From Macrostomum lignano (Eukaryota), in NCBI GenBank assembly GCA_002269645.1, contig NIVC01000944.1:1-64000 (forward strand): 64,000 nucleotides of DNA, in the 5' to 3' direction. The notes under the pieces were generated by a model, which was not told the origin of the DNA, did no database searches, and saw only the letters and a list, made by a program, of their open reading frames with translations. The translations under genes and the position numbers were made by a program. This document shows, in pieces, positions 41,952 to 55,436 of this stretch (position 1 is its first letter; each line of letters begins with the position of its first letter).

Positions 41952-43264
41952 AAGAAATAAAATCAACTTGTTTATCGCAACAATAAGTTTTCTGTTACTA
42001 AGGCCACCCGAATTGGTAGTTGGGCGGCAGGGCCGTCCATTTGAAATTATAAATAACAAAACAGCCACCCCAAGCTAAATCCGATAATGGCATGGCAAAC
42101 TGGAGACCAGGCCAATGGCTCAGTTCGCACGTTGGGACTCAGCTGTTAGCGCTTTCCACCTGGCGTCACACGATTCCGGTGGTTGCGCAACACAGAGGGG
42201 GGCAGACTGCTTTTTCCTATCCTAGAAAATTCCGAAGGTGCGAATGAGATCGATAAGAATGATCGCGCATTATCTGGGGATGCATTAATTCTCCGATCTT
42301 TTGGTCCAGGTGGCCCTCGGGGGCTTACAGGCTCAGAAAGGAACAAAGACTTTCCAATTTGAAATACGGCTGCCCACGCAATTCCCCCCGGCCTCTTATC
42401 AAGGCAAAAAACCTCCCTTTAGACTGGCTGTCAATCCCCAGATCCACTCAGATCCAGGGTCTCTCACTGGAACAAAGACTTGTCGCCCCGGGGCCGCCCT
42501 GCCCACCTGGACAAACTATTAGAGCGCCACAATGCCATTGAATTCTTTCCTAGTCACCTACGTGAGAGAAAATGGTTGGCAAAAGCCCAGACAAGCCTGC
42601 TCTGTCGCGTCTTGGTTCCAGTTTCAAGACAATAAACAATTTAATGAAACGTGAAGCGAGCCCGCGGACAGCCGTGCCTGCCCATCCCCATGGCGCAGTG
42701 TAATGTTTCAGAGGGGAAATGGGCAGCCCCGGTTATCCCAGGCGAGACAGAGGCACGTTGCGGGGCCTCAGCGAATAGACTGCAGTGGATAGAACTCGCA
42801 GCCGCTGCACCAAATTAGAACAGCTCGGCACCCCAATGAAACTGCTGCACCAAGAGCGCTGCTACACCGCAGGCCTATTTAACCGGCTGTGCTGCACCAA
42901 ATTAAGGAAAGGCCGGGGGACACGGGGCCAGTTAACCGGAATCGCAAGCTTATTAACAATCGAGAGCCATAAACGGCCGTCGTGACAAAAACCAGGGGGG
43001 GGGTGTAAAAGTTAAGAAAAACTTGCGAGTGCAGTAAAACCCAGTGGCCAGTTGCGCCTTTCTCAGAGATGCCAAAATAGGCAGACGGGCTTCTTTTGAG
43101 TAGAAACTAAGAGCATCAAGTTATAAAATATTTTATCGGCGCCTATTTAAGCCCTCTGCAGTGCTGGCAGTAAAAAATGCAGATAGCTGAGTTTGTAAAA
43201 CTACTACCTAGACAAAAGCATGTGAACTGGAGTCTGAGAGCACTCAATAACAGTGAGAAACTGG

Positions 43265-43580
43265 GAGTGACATTATGGAGCTTGTGGTGATATTATGGAG
43301 CTTGGGGTGACATTACGGAGCTTGGGTGACATTATGGAGCTTGGGGTGACATTGTGGAGCTTGGGGTGACATTGTGAAGCTTGGAGTGACATTATGGAAC
43401 TTGGAGTGACATTGAAGCTTGTGGTGACATTATGGAGCTTGGGGTGACATTATGGAGCTTGGGGTGACATTACGGAGCTTGGGTGACAGTATGCAGCTTG
43501 GGGTGACATTGTGGAGCTTGGAGTGACATTATGGAGCTTGTGGTGATATTATGGAGCTTGAGGTGACATTACGGAGCCTG
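43265..43580. repeat. 20-bp minisatellite GGGGTGACATTATGGAGCTT
   Basis: Directly visible, ~15 copies. Confidence 0.9.
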
Positions 43581-44864
43581 GGGCATTAAATGTTGATTTG
43601 GAGGGACTTACGATTGGAAGCTAGGAACGACATTGGGAATCTCGGAGTAAACATTATGTTGATTGGGACATTAGGAGAGCTTCGGTGTGGCTATCAGACG
43701 GCCGGCAAATGCTGGGAGTGAATTTTCTGGGAAAAATGAAAGCAGACTACGCCTAATAAAAGGAGATACTTGCAGGTTACAGACGTGTAAATCAGATGCA
43801 GCAGTACAGACTTACATGAGATTAGCAGCAACAGAAGGCGCCAGCCAATATTGTTTCCGGTAGCCAAAGTAAAGCATACCGTTCGGTGCTACGTGCATGT
43901 GCACCATGCTTAGTTCTATTATCTTCTAGGTCTAGTGTAAAAGGCGCTTGAACAAAGACTAGAACTACTGAGGTCTTTGTCTGCAAAATGATGGGACTAG
44001 AAATGGGTTCTTGTTAAATAATATTTTCCTCTGATGGAAGCTCCGTGCGAGGAGAAGGCAAGAGCGACAGAAGAGAGAAAGGCGGGCCACGCGTGCATTT
44101 AAGGGGAGATGGATGGCGGGGCCGCGGGGAGGTCGGCATGACTCAGACGGCCCTGTTCCCGATGCCGCACCCACCCCATCCCCGGCCGACCAATGCGGAC
44201 CGGCGCAGACCCCAGGCCGTGCTGCGGGTCACGCACAGGCCCCCTCACTGCCATAAATTCCAATAACAAAGAAGCAGGAGGCCAGGGAGTTAAAGGGATT
44301 TGTGAGACAGAGAAGGGCTGAGAGGCAGGGAAGCAAAACTAAATGAAGGATTATGAAGCCTCAATTCGCAAGGGCAGCCACCCCACATCCATTGTGAACT
44401 CGAGTTGACTGTCGGCCCTTCAGCAGGACAACCCGGGTCTCTGCAATGCTAACTTTAAGATAGCTGCTCAAAGCTAGGGATAAAATCTGTGGATTAGTCA
44501 TCGCCAGCAGCTCATTGATATTGATAATCCACCCCCCCCCTAGGCCAAACTGTAAAGTGAAGGAAGCACACGGAGAAACAAAGAGGGCCTGGCACACAGG
44601 ATGTTGATTACTAAGCTTATGAATCTTATAACCACACTAAACCACCTGCCATCAAATCAGTAAAACAGTGGTGGCAAAACAGGCATTTAAACAATGTTAG
44701 AAAAGCTTAACCAATTCGATTCACAAAATTTACACAAAAGAAAGCCTAAAAAATAGCAATCTAACAATCCAGTTGAAGGGTGCTTGAGGCTTGTGTGGCC
44801 TTAGTCCATCGCCATTTTAGTGAGGTGCTGAAACTCCCTAATGGATTGCAGCCTGGGAACTGCT

Positions 44865-46420
44865 GAGAGCCATTGCCATGGCTCACAGGGGAATTGCTGA
44901 GATGCCATTGCCATGGCTCACAGGGGAATTGCTGAGATGCCATTGCCATGGCTCAAAGGGAATTGCTGAGATGCCATTGCCATGGCTCACAGGGAATTGC
45001 TGAGATGCCATTGCCATGGCTCACAGGGGAATTGCTGAGATGCCATTGCCATGGCTCAAAGGGAATTGCTGAGATGCCATTGCCATGGCTCACAGGGAAT
45101 TGCTGAGATGCCATTGCCATGGCTCACAGGGAATTGCTGAGATGCCATTGCCATGGCTCACAGGGAATTGCTGAGATGCCATTGCCATGGCTCACAGGGA
45201 ATTGCTGAGATGCCATTGCCATGGCTCACAGAAGAATCGCCATGGTTCATGGGGGAATTGCTAAGAGTCATTGCCATGGTTCACAGGGGAATTGCTGAGA
45301 GCCATTGCCATGGCTCATAGGGGAATTGCTGAGATGCCATTTCCATGGTTCATAGGGTAATTGCCATAGCTCACAGGGAAGTTGCCATGGATCACAAGGA
45401 AATTGTCAAGGATCACAGGGAATTGCCATGGCTCATAGGGGAATTGCTGAGATGCCATTGCCATGGCTCACAGGGAATTGCTGAGATGCCATTGCCATGG
45501 CTCACAGGGGAATTGCTGAGATGCCATTGCCATGGCTCACAGGGAATTGCTGAGATGCCATTGCCATGGCTCACAGGGGAATTGCTGAGATGCCATTGCC
45601 ATGGCTCAAAGGGAATTGCTGAGATGCCATTGCCATGGCTCACAGGGAATTGCTGAGATGCCATTGCCATGGCTCACAGGGAATTGCTGAGATGCCATTG
45701 CCATGGCTCACAGGGAATTGCTGAGATGCCATTGCCATGGCTCACAGAAGAATCGCCATGGTTCATGGGGGAATTGCTAAGAGTCATTGCCATGGTTCAC
45801 AGGGGAATTGCTGAGAGCCATTGCCATGGCTCATAGGGGAATTGCTAAGATGCCATTTCCATGGTTCATAGGGTAATTGCCATAGCTCACAGGGAAGTTG
45901 CCATGGTTCACAGGGGAATTGCTAAGAGCCATTGCCATGGCTCATAGGGGAATTGCTGAGATGCCATTTCCATGGTTCATAGGGTAATTGCCATAGCTCA
46001 CAGGGAAGTTGCCATGGATCACAAGGAAATTGTCAAGGATCACAGGGAATTGCCATGGCTCATAGGGGAATTGCCATGACTTACAGGGGAATTGCCATGG
46101 CTCACAGGGTAATTGTCAAGGCTTACAGGGAAATAGCCATAACTCACAGGGGAATTACCACGGCTCATAGTCACAGGTAAATTGTCAAGGCTCACAGGGG
46201 AATTGCTGAGATGCCATTGCCATGGCTTACAGTGGAATTGCTAAGATGCCACTGCCATGGCTCACAGAGGAATTGCCATGGCTCATATGAGAACTGCTGA
46301 GATGTCATTGCCATGGCTCACAGCCTGGGAATTATCAAGGCTCATAGAGGAATTGCTAAGATACCATTGCCATAGCTCATGAGGGAATTGCTAAGATGCC
46401 ATTGCATGGAAATTACTAAT
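44865..46420. repeat. 33-34-bp minisatellite CCATTGCCATGGCTCACAGGGAATTGCTGAGATG with higher-order duplication
   Basis: Directly visible; variant blocks recur at ~45234 and ~45745. Confidence 0.93.
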
Positions 46421-48489
46421 GTCATTGCCAAATCTTATAAAAGGGGGGGAGGGTTACAAAGACAGCTTATAGATTATAGATATTGCAGAAATGCCAATGG
46501 TACAACCAAGATGCTAATATCTTATATGATGTAAGCTAGCTTTTAGGACTAATGTTTGTCAACTTCAAATATTGTAAAAAAATAACAAGTGAATACTATT
46601 AAGAAAATAATTATAGGCCTAGAATTATAATTTAGATAATGAATTTTCTAGAAAATATAATTTTATATAAATGTCTAATTATTAGCCAACCTAAACCTAG
46701 TAGACCTAGGTAAAACTTTTTCTTTGTATAGGCTAATAATAATATAGCATATAGAGTATAAATACCTAGTAAATGTTAAATAAAACATTAGGCCTATAAT
46801 TATTTTAAAAATGTTAATATTTTTAATAAGCTAGAAATTTTGTATATATAATTATAGGCCCATCTATATTATACTACAAAATTATATATTGAATTATATG
46901 ATTCATATATATAAAAAAGAATTTAATAAATTAGATTTACTAATGATAGCCAGTTATCATTAGTATTAGGCACTTCTACTAGGCTTTAAATGTGAGTTAG
47001 CTATGCTTACGCCACAGGATTTGGTTCCTTAAATTAAATTCTGCAAGTTAAAACTTGTCTTGACTCTCTTCTGGGCAGGCCTATCTGCCAAGGACTACTA
47101 GTCTAGTACTAATACTACTAGGCCTACCACTAGTAGCACTAGGGGGGAATCGGTTATCGGGGGATGTGTCTAGGAATACTCTTCTGTATACCGAATTTTT
47201 AAAGTGGACGTAACAAAACTTTTTAAAAAACCGCAAACGTAAAACCATTGACAAAAACAAGTCTCAGGTGTAAAAAATACAACGTAAGTATTATTGACTA
47301 TCGACATACAATTAATCCTTGGTATAGGTACCGACGTACCGTAAGTCTACCAACCACTACCAAATAAAAACGAAAACAAAATCGAAAACGCTAACTACTG
47401 TAAGTAGGCTACTAAAACGGAATAAAATTAAACAAAGTTATAGTTTCACTTAAAATATTACGCCGAAACTGTTGTAAACTAAAATCTATAAGTTGGATTC
47501 TAAAGTTTTTTTTTATAAAAAACAGCAATGGTATCGTATAGACCAAATAGATAAGTTATTTTTCTTTTAAATTTAGAAAATGTACTTTTAATGAGTTTAT
47601 TAACTTTATTAACTTAGGCCTATATTGAGTTAGAACGTTGAGTTCTATAGTATAGTCCTAGGCCTAAGAACTAAGAAATTGTCCAGCTGAACTAAATATC
47701 CTCTATGCTACTCTTCTCTAGAAAATCCAAAAGTAGCTCTATGTTTTGGTATTTTGCTGTTATTGACTTACTTTTCATCTGTGTGTAGGGACTAGGCCTA
47801 TATATATGACTAATGAGTAATGACTAGGCCTAGGCCTACAAGCTATATAATACTATCATAGTGTATGCAGTTTTTAGGTTGACCTATAGCATTACCACGC
47901 ATTGGCATTGCATATGCTTACAACACAAATGTGAATCCAGAAAATTTTGAATAGGGGCTGCAAAATCCTAGGGTATATTATATCAGTAGACAATAATAAT
48001 GCTATGGTCTATAGACATAGACAGACTATAGTGTATATATGTGCATGTATGTATGCATACAGTATATGTGCATATGTATGATAATTCTTTTGTATATAAT
48101 TCATTAAAAAATCAATCAACTTATAAAATAAAAGAGGATGTGCATCATTTCTGCCTTCCAAATTGAGTAAATTATTGTGGTTGTCTTTTTTATCCCAAAC
48201 AATGACAATGTTTATATCTTTATCTTTATTATATTGTCTTTACTTTTTTGTTGTATTATAGTAGGCCTATTAGAGTTCTACTAGTAGCAAACATAATAAA
48301 TGCTTGCTGCTTAGGTTAGTAACTATAATAAAATGAGCAAGTAGACTATAGGCCTAATATAGTGCATCATTAATAAAAATCCTAATTCAACTTTCATTAA
48401 TGGCAATATTAAATAAAAAGCATGTTTTTTGAATATTTAATGCCTTTAACATTGAGCAATTTCTTAGCCAAGATGCATGTACCGTCCCA

Positions 48490-48600
48490 GGAAAATTTCT
48501 GATCAAATGGTGCAAGTTTGAAGAAAATTGGTTAAGCCAATTTTTCTGAAATCTATCTCACACATACACACAGACATTTCATTTTTAGTATATAGGATGT
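48490..48600 (+). mobile_element. Possible 3' end of a Helentron/DINE-like non-autonomous element
   Basis: GTGCAAGTTTGAAGAAAATTGGTTAAGCC...CACACATACACACAGACATTTCATTTTTAGTATATAGGAT resembles the short stem, micro-repeat and TATATAGAT end of such elements. Pattern recognition only. Confidence 0.4.
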
Positions 48601-49439
48601 GTTAGTGTTAATATGATGTTAAAACAAAAAATCTTTATTAATATAACTTTTTTATTGTTAAAATAATGTTAAGTTGACTAAAATTAATTATTATTAATCA
48701 GGTATGTATAAATAATAATCTGTTATTATTAATACAAAAATACAGGAATTTTATATTTAAAAATAGTATAAAATAGATAGACTTATAACTAGGCCTATAA
48801 TATATTTAGTTTTAATATTTAGTTTTCTTTAGCAAAGTAACAAATAATATATAAAAATGTTTATAGAGTGTTACTCAAAATAAATATAAGATAAAAGAAA
48901 TATGTTTATAATTTATTTACTTGAGCTTTAAGAACTAAATAATTTTAATTAAATACAAAAAAGGATGTTTTAAAGTAGGCCTACTAAGAAGTATAGCAGA
49001 AAGTTAAAAAAATTAAAAAATATAAATCAAGAGATAATCATATCATATGCAAGCAATAAAATTTGTAATTTTAATTCATTTAAATATACAAGTAAAAATT
49101 GTATGTATATGATCATTATTATAAACAAAGCCACCAAATGGATTAATTTTAAGTGGGCATTTAGTTAAATTAGAATAAATAGTTTATAATGATATTTTAA
49201 AATCTTGTTGAATATATATTTTTGTTTTTTCTTTGAATTTTTAGTCTCATTAGCATTGTCATTAACAATAACAATTGATTTTTGTTAATTAGGCCTATAA
49301 AATCATTATTATTAATTAGTTAACCAAATATAAAAATCTTAAAAGTAAAGTATTACCATTAATGAAAAATATTAGAATTATTTACAAAAATTTTTATATA
49401 TCAAAGGTAATTATTTCCTGCCAACATGCATACAGAGAA

Positions 49440-50690
49440 TAAATGCTCTTATAGTATTATTCTATGCTATAGGAGTCAAAGAAGTCATGCAGACGCTTCT
49501 CTAGGTCCTCCTTATCCTTGAATCTGTGATTGGGCCATAGACTGGCTAAGCATAGCAAAAAGATAATAGTTAGTAGATGCAAGATCTGGGCTATAGTATA
49601 AGGTGGGTAAAGAAGACCTTCTAACCTAGCACTAGCAGCTTCTTATACATTGACTAAGCCTTATATGCCAGTATATTGTCATGCCCATATAGCAGGATGA
49701 TTTTGCAATGTTCCAAGCACTTCTTGGTCAAAGCCTATTGTAGATAGTCTAGCTAATGCTGATAGTAATTGGCAGTGATTGTCTAGTTCTTGGGCAATAG
49801 CTCTTACATCATGATTCCTTTGGTATCCTAGAAGACAGACAGTATGAGCTTCTTAGGATAAAGCTTACATTTTAGTTCTCACTCTGGCTTTTTACCAGGG
49901 CCACACCATTGTTGCCAACAATGGACATTGAGGTTAAGGCACCATTTCTCATCCCTAGTGATCATATCATCTAGCCAGTCAGTTTGGTATGATTGACTAA
50001 GGTCATGACCTAGATAAATGCTATCTAGGTCATGGGCTCCAAGCTTGTATGGTATCTTGTATCTAAGTTTAGCTTTTATCTTCATCTGGTAAAGGTGATC
50101 AGCAATAGTCACATACATGTGCAACCTCCAAAATCCGGTCAGCCATGTGACTTAGTTTTAACAAAAATGCAACAGTTTTTGGCTAAAAATGCAACTTACA
50201 TGTAAAAAAACCCTAAAGCAAAACTAGTGCAACTTTGGGTAAATGGCAGGAGTAACTATGACTGTTTTATTAAGCCAAAATGCCACATCAGCTACTTAGT
50301 ACTACTACTTGGTTATTTTTTCAGGTGGGCATTTTTGCAATTTCCTTGGTTGACTGCCAAATCGGTCGGCTGGATCAGCCAACTTGGCTGACTATTGTGC
50401 ATGTATGAATAGTCATCTAGTGCATATTTAGCTTATCAGCCAACTTGCCTATTGTTTGCTGATTGTTTTCTGAAAGGAGCACTTCCAGGGTATTATAATT
50501 GAGTTCTGGTGGATGCCCACTATGAGGTCTATCCTCAAGGCCTAGTTCTCTATTCTTGAAGCACTTGTACTTATCATACACCATAGAGGTCTTGCTAATA
50601 GACAAGCCAAATGCAATATAGATATTGGCAATGGAATCTATCACCTTTCTGCAAAGGAAATCATACAGCATCAAGAGCTAAAGCTGATTG
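49440..50690 (-). mobile_element. Heavily mutated mariner transposase relic, interrupted by a ~290-bp insert at ~50125-50415
   Basis: MLYDF..LEDRPHSGHP..QQTIGKLADKLN / ITRDEKWCL / LG*KV..YPPY..SPDLASTNYYLF..KDKEDLEKRLHDFF, matching mariner LEDEPRSGRP, TGDEKW and HPPYSPDLAPSDYHLF. Confidence 0.88.
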
Positions 50691-53654
50691 TTTGTCAAAG
50701 GGTTAGATTGCACCATATTAGTGCTAAAGCAAAGTTTGAATTTGATGCATATAGTGCAATTGCAAAGTAAAATATAGAGTTTACCCTAAGAAATATTAAT
50801 ATTTAATAATATTAAATATTTATATATTATATGAACACTATATATATATTATATTTTGTAGCTCATTAAAAAAGGATTCTAGTTATTGATATTAGCTATT
50901 GCCAAAGTATATAAATCCTATTACAGAAATCAATTAATATATAATAACTGTTAATTTAAAGAAATTAACTGAAAATTTGGTAACCTAGCAATGCTAAATC
51001 CTTTAAACTATTTCAACTTGTCAACTTCAATATGTAAAAAATCAAGCCATATAAAATGTTTTATTTTAAGCTTTTTTTAAGCTAAGGAATTTAGAATGAA
51101 TATAAGGTAACTAAAAAGCCACTCAAGAATGTTGGAATCAAGAATAGGCCAATAGTTTGTTTAGCATTTCATGCCAAATGCCTAGTAATATACTAGAAAG
51201 ATGTAAGCCAAGCATCTGACTAAAGTTGCTTATATACTTAGCTCTTGTACACATCTAATATACAAAATTATATAAATGAAACTGCCAATAAAGGAAAGAT
51301 TAATATGTCAGGGATATGCTGAAAATGTTTGTCATATAGCATAACAACAATAATGGTTTTGTTATAATGTAAAAGTTATAAGCTCTAAGTGATAAGAATG
51401 TTGGCTTTTATTTTTATTGACCCTGGTGCTTGGCTCAATGCTATTGGATTTAGGAATCTACTGGAATTTATTTTATAGCAATTAGTATTATTCAAGTTGT
51501 CAAATATACAAGTGTATTCTAGAAGTAAATAGAGAGTGCACTGTGATAGCCATGCAAAGGTTCTTATTAAAATGTTTGCAAATTATTGCCTAAGGGATTT
51601 CCTTAAAATCTTAAAAATTCTATCCTGCTTTGTATAGGTAGCTTGGCCTATTTTGTGCACCCAGCCTCCAGTAAGTTGCTAGCAAGAGTTGCTAATATGT
51701 TCTTACTAATTGATATTTTATCAGTTAACATTGTGCATTGAAACTTTATATAATTGTAAGGAAATGGAATACTTTCATTCATATTATCATTGCCATTTGC
51801 CTGGTAAATTTATTGAGAATTACAGTGTCATCATGAATTAAGTACTGTATCTTTAAACTTTAAACTTCAGCTTAATACACTTTGCAGAGCAATCGCAATC
51901 CAATGCCCAAGAGCAAAGGCAGCCAGCTGCTGATGTGGAGCTCGTCAGCATCCATGGTGAGCTGTGAAACTAAATTGGATTTAAAATCTGAAATCATATT
52001 GATATCAATTCTTTCCTTTGGTTTTTTCCTGATATTTTTCTATACTGCGTGCAGTTTGCAGTGCAAGCATCACTACTCACAGTAGGAGAGTGTGAGCATA
52101 GAAGCCATAGGCAGCAGCAGTTCCTGGCCTTGGTTCCGCCTATTAGTTAGCAGCTTCCGGGACTCGCTGACAATGCTTCAGCCGGGTGAACCGGAGCTGC
52201 TCCTTGACCCTGCGGCAGCCCCGGCGCAGAGATGCACTCTTGATAGTGCCTGGCTGCAGAGACTGCCCGCCAATTATCTGATTCAGGCGACCGCATCTCA
52301 GCGATTCAACTCGACCCTCTTCTCTCCCTCGCGGCCCCGGCTGCCCCAGCCCAGCCCGTGTTCCGCATGGCTCTCGGCTCCCTTCCCCATCCTCCTTGCC
52401 TTGAAATATTCTCTACTTTTACGCGCCACGGGTCGCGACGGCGGGATCTGGGATTTTTCAAGTCTGGGGCCTCTCCTGCGTGTAGGAGTGAGAGAGACGC
52501 CGTGTCCCGCTCTTCCCCGCTTCCCAAAGCCTCTTTAGGGATTTCTCCTCTTTGGCCGGTGCGGCAGTCCGTCTGGCAAGATTTCCCCCTCTTTACCTTA
52601 CACTTCTGCTCCGGTCTTTAGCGCCGACCCCCCTCCCAGAGGGGGGTCACTGACTCACTGTGCTCAGGCCTCTCGACTCATTAGTCCCCCTTCCCTGGCT
52701 TCTTCCTCGATAATCCCCTCCTCACCCCAGCTTAGCCCCGCGGCCTCCGTTTTCCCTTTCCTCACTTTTTTTGCCGATGATGTAGGAGTCTGGCAGTGGG
52801 AAGTGGAAAATGAGAGGAAGTGAAAAGTAATCCGGACTCGTTGGCCCCGGGATGCTGGGACGGCCCTGTTGACTCGGGGGGAGGCGCCTCATCTTTGTGC
52901 GCCCTGTTAATCATTCTGGCGGGGCGGCTCGAAGAGACGAAGACACGAATCAATTTTCACTTTGTGAGGCCGGGGCGGTGCTTCTTTCTCAAAGAACTTT
53001 TCGCCTCTTCTTGGGCCGCGGTGAATTTTCGTGTTTCAACTTTTCTCCCCGAGTTCGAGTCGGGTTTCCATGGCGGCTTTGACATTGAGACCGGCATGCG
53101 GCCGCTGCACGCGATGCCGGCTGAACGAATTTCATTATCCAATAAATAGCAGCAATTTCCCCATCAGCACTCTTGCCATGGCTTTCTTGATTTGCTGTTT
53201 CTGCTTTTTTGCCGGCACATCAATGCGGGCCGGCTGCTCTGGTTGATGGAAAGCAGTTTATTTATTTTCTGCCTTCACCGCCTGCCAGAGTCGGCCGGCA
53301 AGTCCGCAACTTTCCATTATTTTGCCTAGCATAAGGCGGCGCCGGCCTCAGTGCAACTTTTGGCACTCCGGCGTGTTGGGTTTTACAAGTGCAGCGTATT
53401 TTTTCTGCAGACTCTGCTTCTGGTAGAAAGCGGCTTTCACTTGCGCCTCCGTGTTTTAACGGCTTTTTTGGCCAACATTGAGCTGTCGCATTGTTCTTCT
53501 TCGCCTCTTAATTAGTGAACCAGTTGTTTGCTGCTAGTTGGTTAATAGCTTCGGGAGGCAGGGCGCATACCTGAGCAGGGTGGACTCTGGTGGGGCACAG
53601 CAGACTCGCAGCTAGCAAAAGGAGGCAACAGTGATAACTATTCCGCTGACCCAT

Positions 53655-53735
53655 GAGCTCGCAGTCTGAAAAAATCGACCTGGAATTGAACCCAGGTCGG
53701 GCTGGCCTGCGCCTCTGTTCTGCGGCGCATGCCAG
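53655..53735 (-). mobile_element. Possible tRNA-related SINE fragment
   Basis: Hairpin CGACCTGG...CCAGGTCG with B-box-like GGGTTCAATTCC on the minus strand, followed by T6. Confidence 0.3.
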
Positions 53736-55436
53736 TTGAATGCTCGGTGAAAAAAGCTGACTCTGGGCTGCAGGAAGCTGCAGCAGTGTGCTCTACGGTT
53801 CCTCCCGTAGCATGGGGCTGTCGTGTGAACTGGCGCAGAAACTCCCGCCCGGAGACACAGAGGATATTGCAGCTTGAAGAGTTGCCTCAACAAGTGAAGC
53901 CTGTTGCTGGGCTGGCACCCGCCTTCTCTCAGTGCGCCAGTGCGTGCTTTAATGAGTCTGACTGGCTGGCCCGCAGCCAAGCCTAGATTGCAATCTTGTG
54001 TGTGCGAGTGGCCTTCCAGCCTCTCGTGATGCTCCATCGCACTCTTGCTTCTCTTGTTTCTGCCCGGCTCTGCACAGCCTCTGGCGATCTGGTGCCAGTG
54101 GCGTCGCTAAGTTGTGGCCTCGCCTCTCAGCTGTCGGCTTCCCACTTGCCTCATTCGAGTCTTCGCTTCCCAACGGCCCGACCTCGAGATCGCCCGGGCC
54201 GGGGTTGCGATCCGCAAATACTACTCTGCGCCTGCTTGCTGTCTCCCAGTTTCTCTCCCAAGACTCCGGGATGAGCTCCTTCATCTCCCTGTGTGTGACG
54301 AGCATCACACTTGATGTCTCCCCTCACTATTTCTCTGTCCCCCGGGTCTCTGCGAAGTTGCGGCCGACTCGACACGTCCCGCCTCCTCCTGCCTTTCATC
54401 TGCCTCTCTATCGGATGCGTGAAGGCCTCGGCTGCTCCTGCCCTCCTCAGGCCTTCCTCACTCCGGTCGCCTTTCCCGGTGGCTTCTTTTCCCTTCTCCC
54501 TCTGGCCCAGGCTCCAATTTGCAAGGGGTGCTCGGCGTGCCTGGACAGACGGGAGGCTCCCCGTGTCCATCGGCTCGGTGTCCGTCAGTCATCTGTCCGA
54601 CTGGCTCGCTTATTTTTCTGTAGATTCTGTCTCCGTTTTTCTTCGAAGAATGCAAAAGGCATTGAAAGAGCTTTTGGCGGGCCCGGTTTGTGGGGTGCGA
54701 GGCAGGCAGCGGAGGCGGTGCAGTTTTTTTGGGCTACGCGGCCTCGCCATTGGCTGCCAGCGGGTGTCCACCTCCGCCATTTGTCCCTGGCTGCACTCTC
54801 CGCCCCCCCCCCCCTGTCTTCGCTCAACCCAGCCAGTTGTTAGTAATAGCCCCTGTCGGGTGCAGCCTGGAAGGCGGAGAAGGGTTGGCTGAGCACTGTG
54901 AGACCAGTGGGGAGAAAGGAAGGAGGAGGGCTTTAATGTAATCGAGTGAGAGAGATGGGGGAAGGGCGGCAGGGCCTCTGCGATAGGGTAGTAAAGAGTT
55001 ACAGAGGCGGCGCTCCGTATCACCTTATCTTGGTTGCTGACGCTTTGAGTTGCAGCGAGCTGAGAGGAAAAGAGAGAGACTGAGCTGCAGCATCAATTCC
55101 ATCAAGTCCCATTTGCCCCGCTCCCCCAACCAATTCCCCATTCGCTGCTGTGAGCTGCAAAATCTCCCTCCACTCATTTTGTACAATTCCCATATATTCA
55201 TTTTTATATATACTTCTGTGTCACTGCTGGTCTCTCAGCGCTAAAGAAGTGGTATAAAAATTTCTGCGAGCAAATGCAAATTTATTTGACTAACACGGGA
55301 CTGATTGTTTGCCTCTGCAATGGAAACTGAGTGAGGACCGTCGGCTTTCTGTTCTCCCGAGGCTTCCGAGCTGCAAGCTTTTTGTTATCTGGCTGTGAGT
55401 TTTTAATATCTGTTTATAACTGTAGTCACTGGTCAG

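Noticed and set aside
51887-51955. Candidate exon (TTGCAG| ... |GTGAGC) at the right edge of the AT island
   Set aside because: Isolated, no partner exons or domain similarity found.
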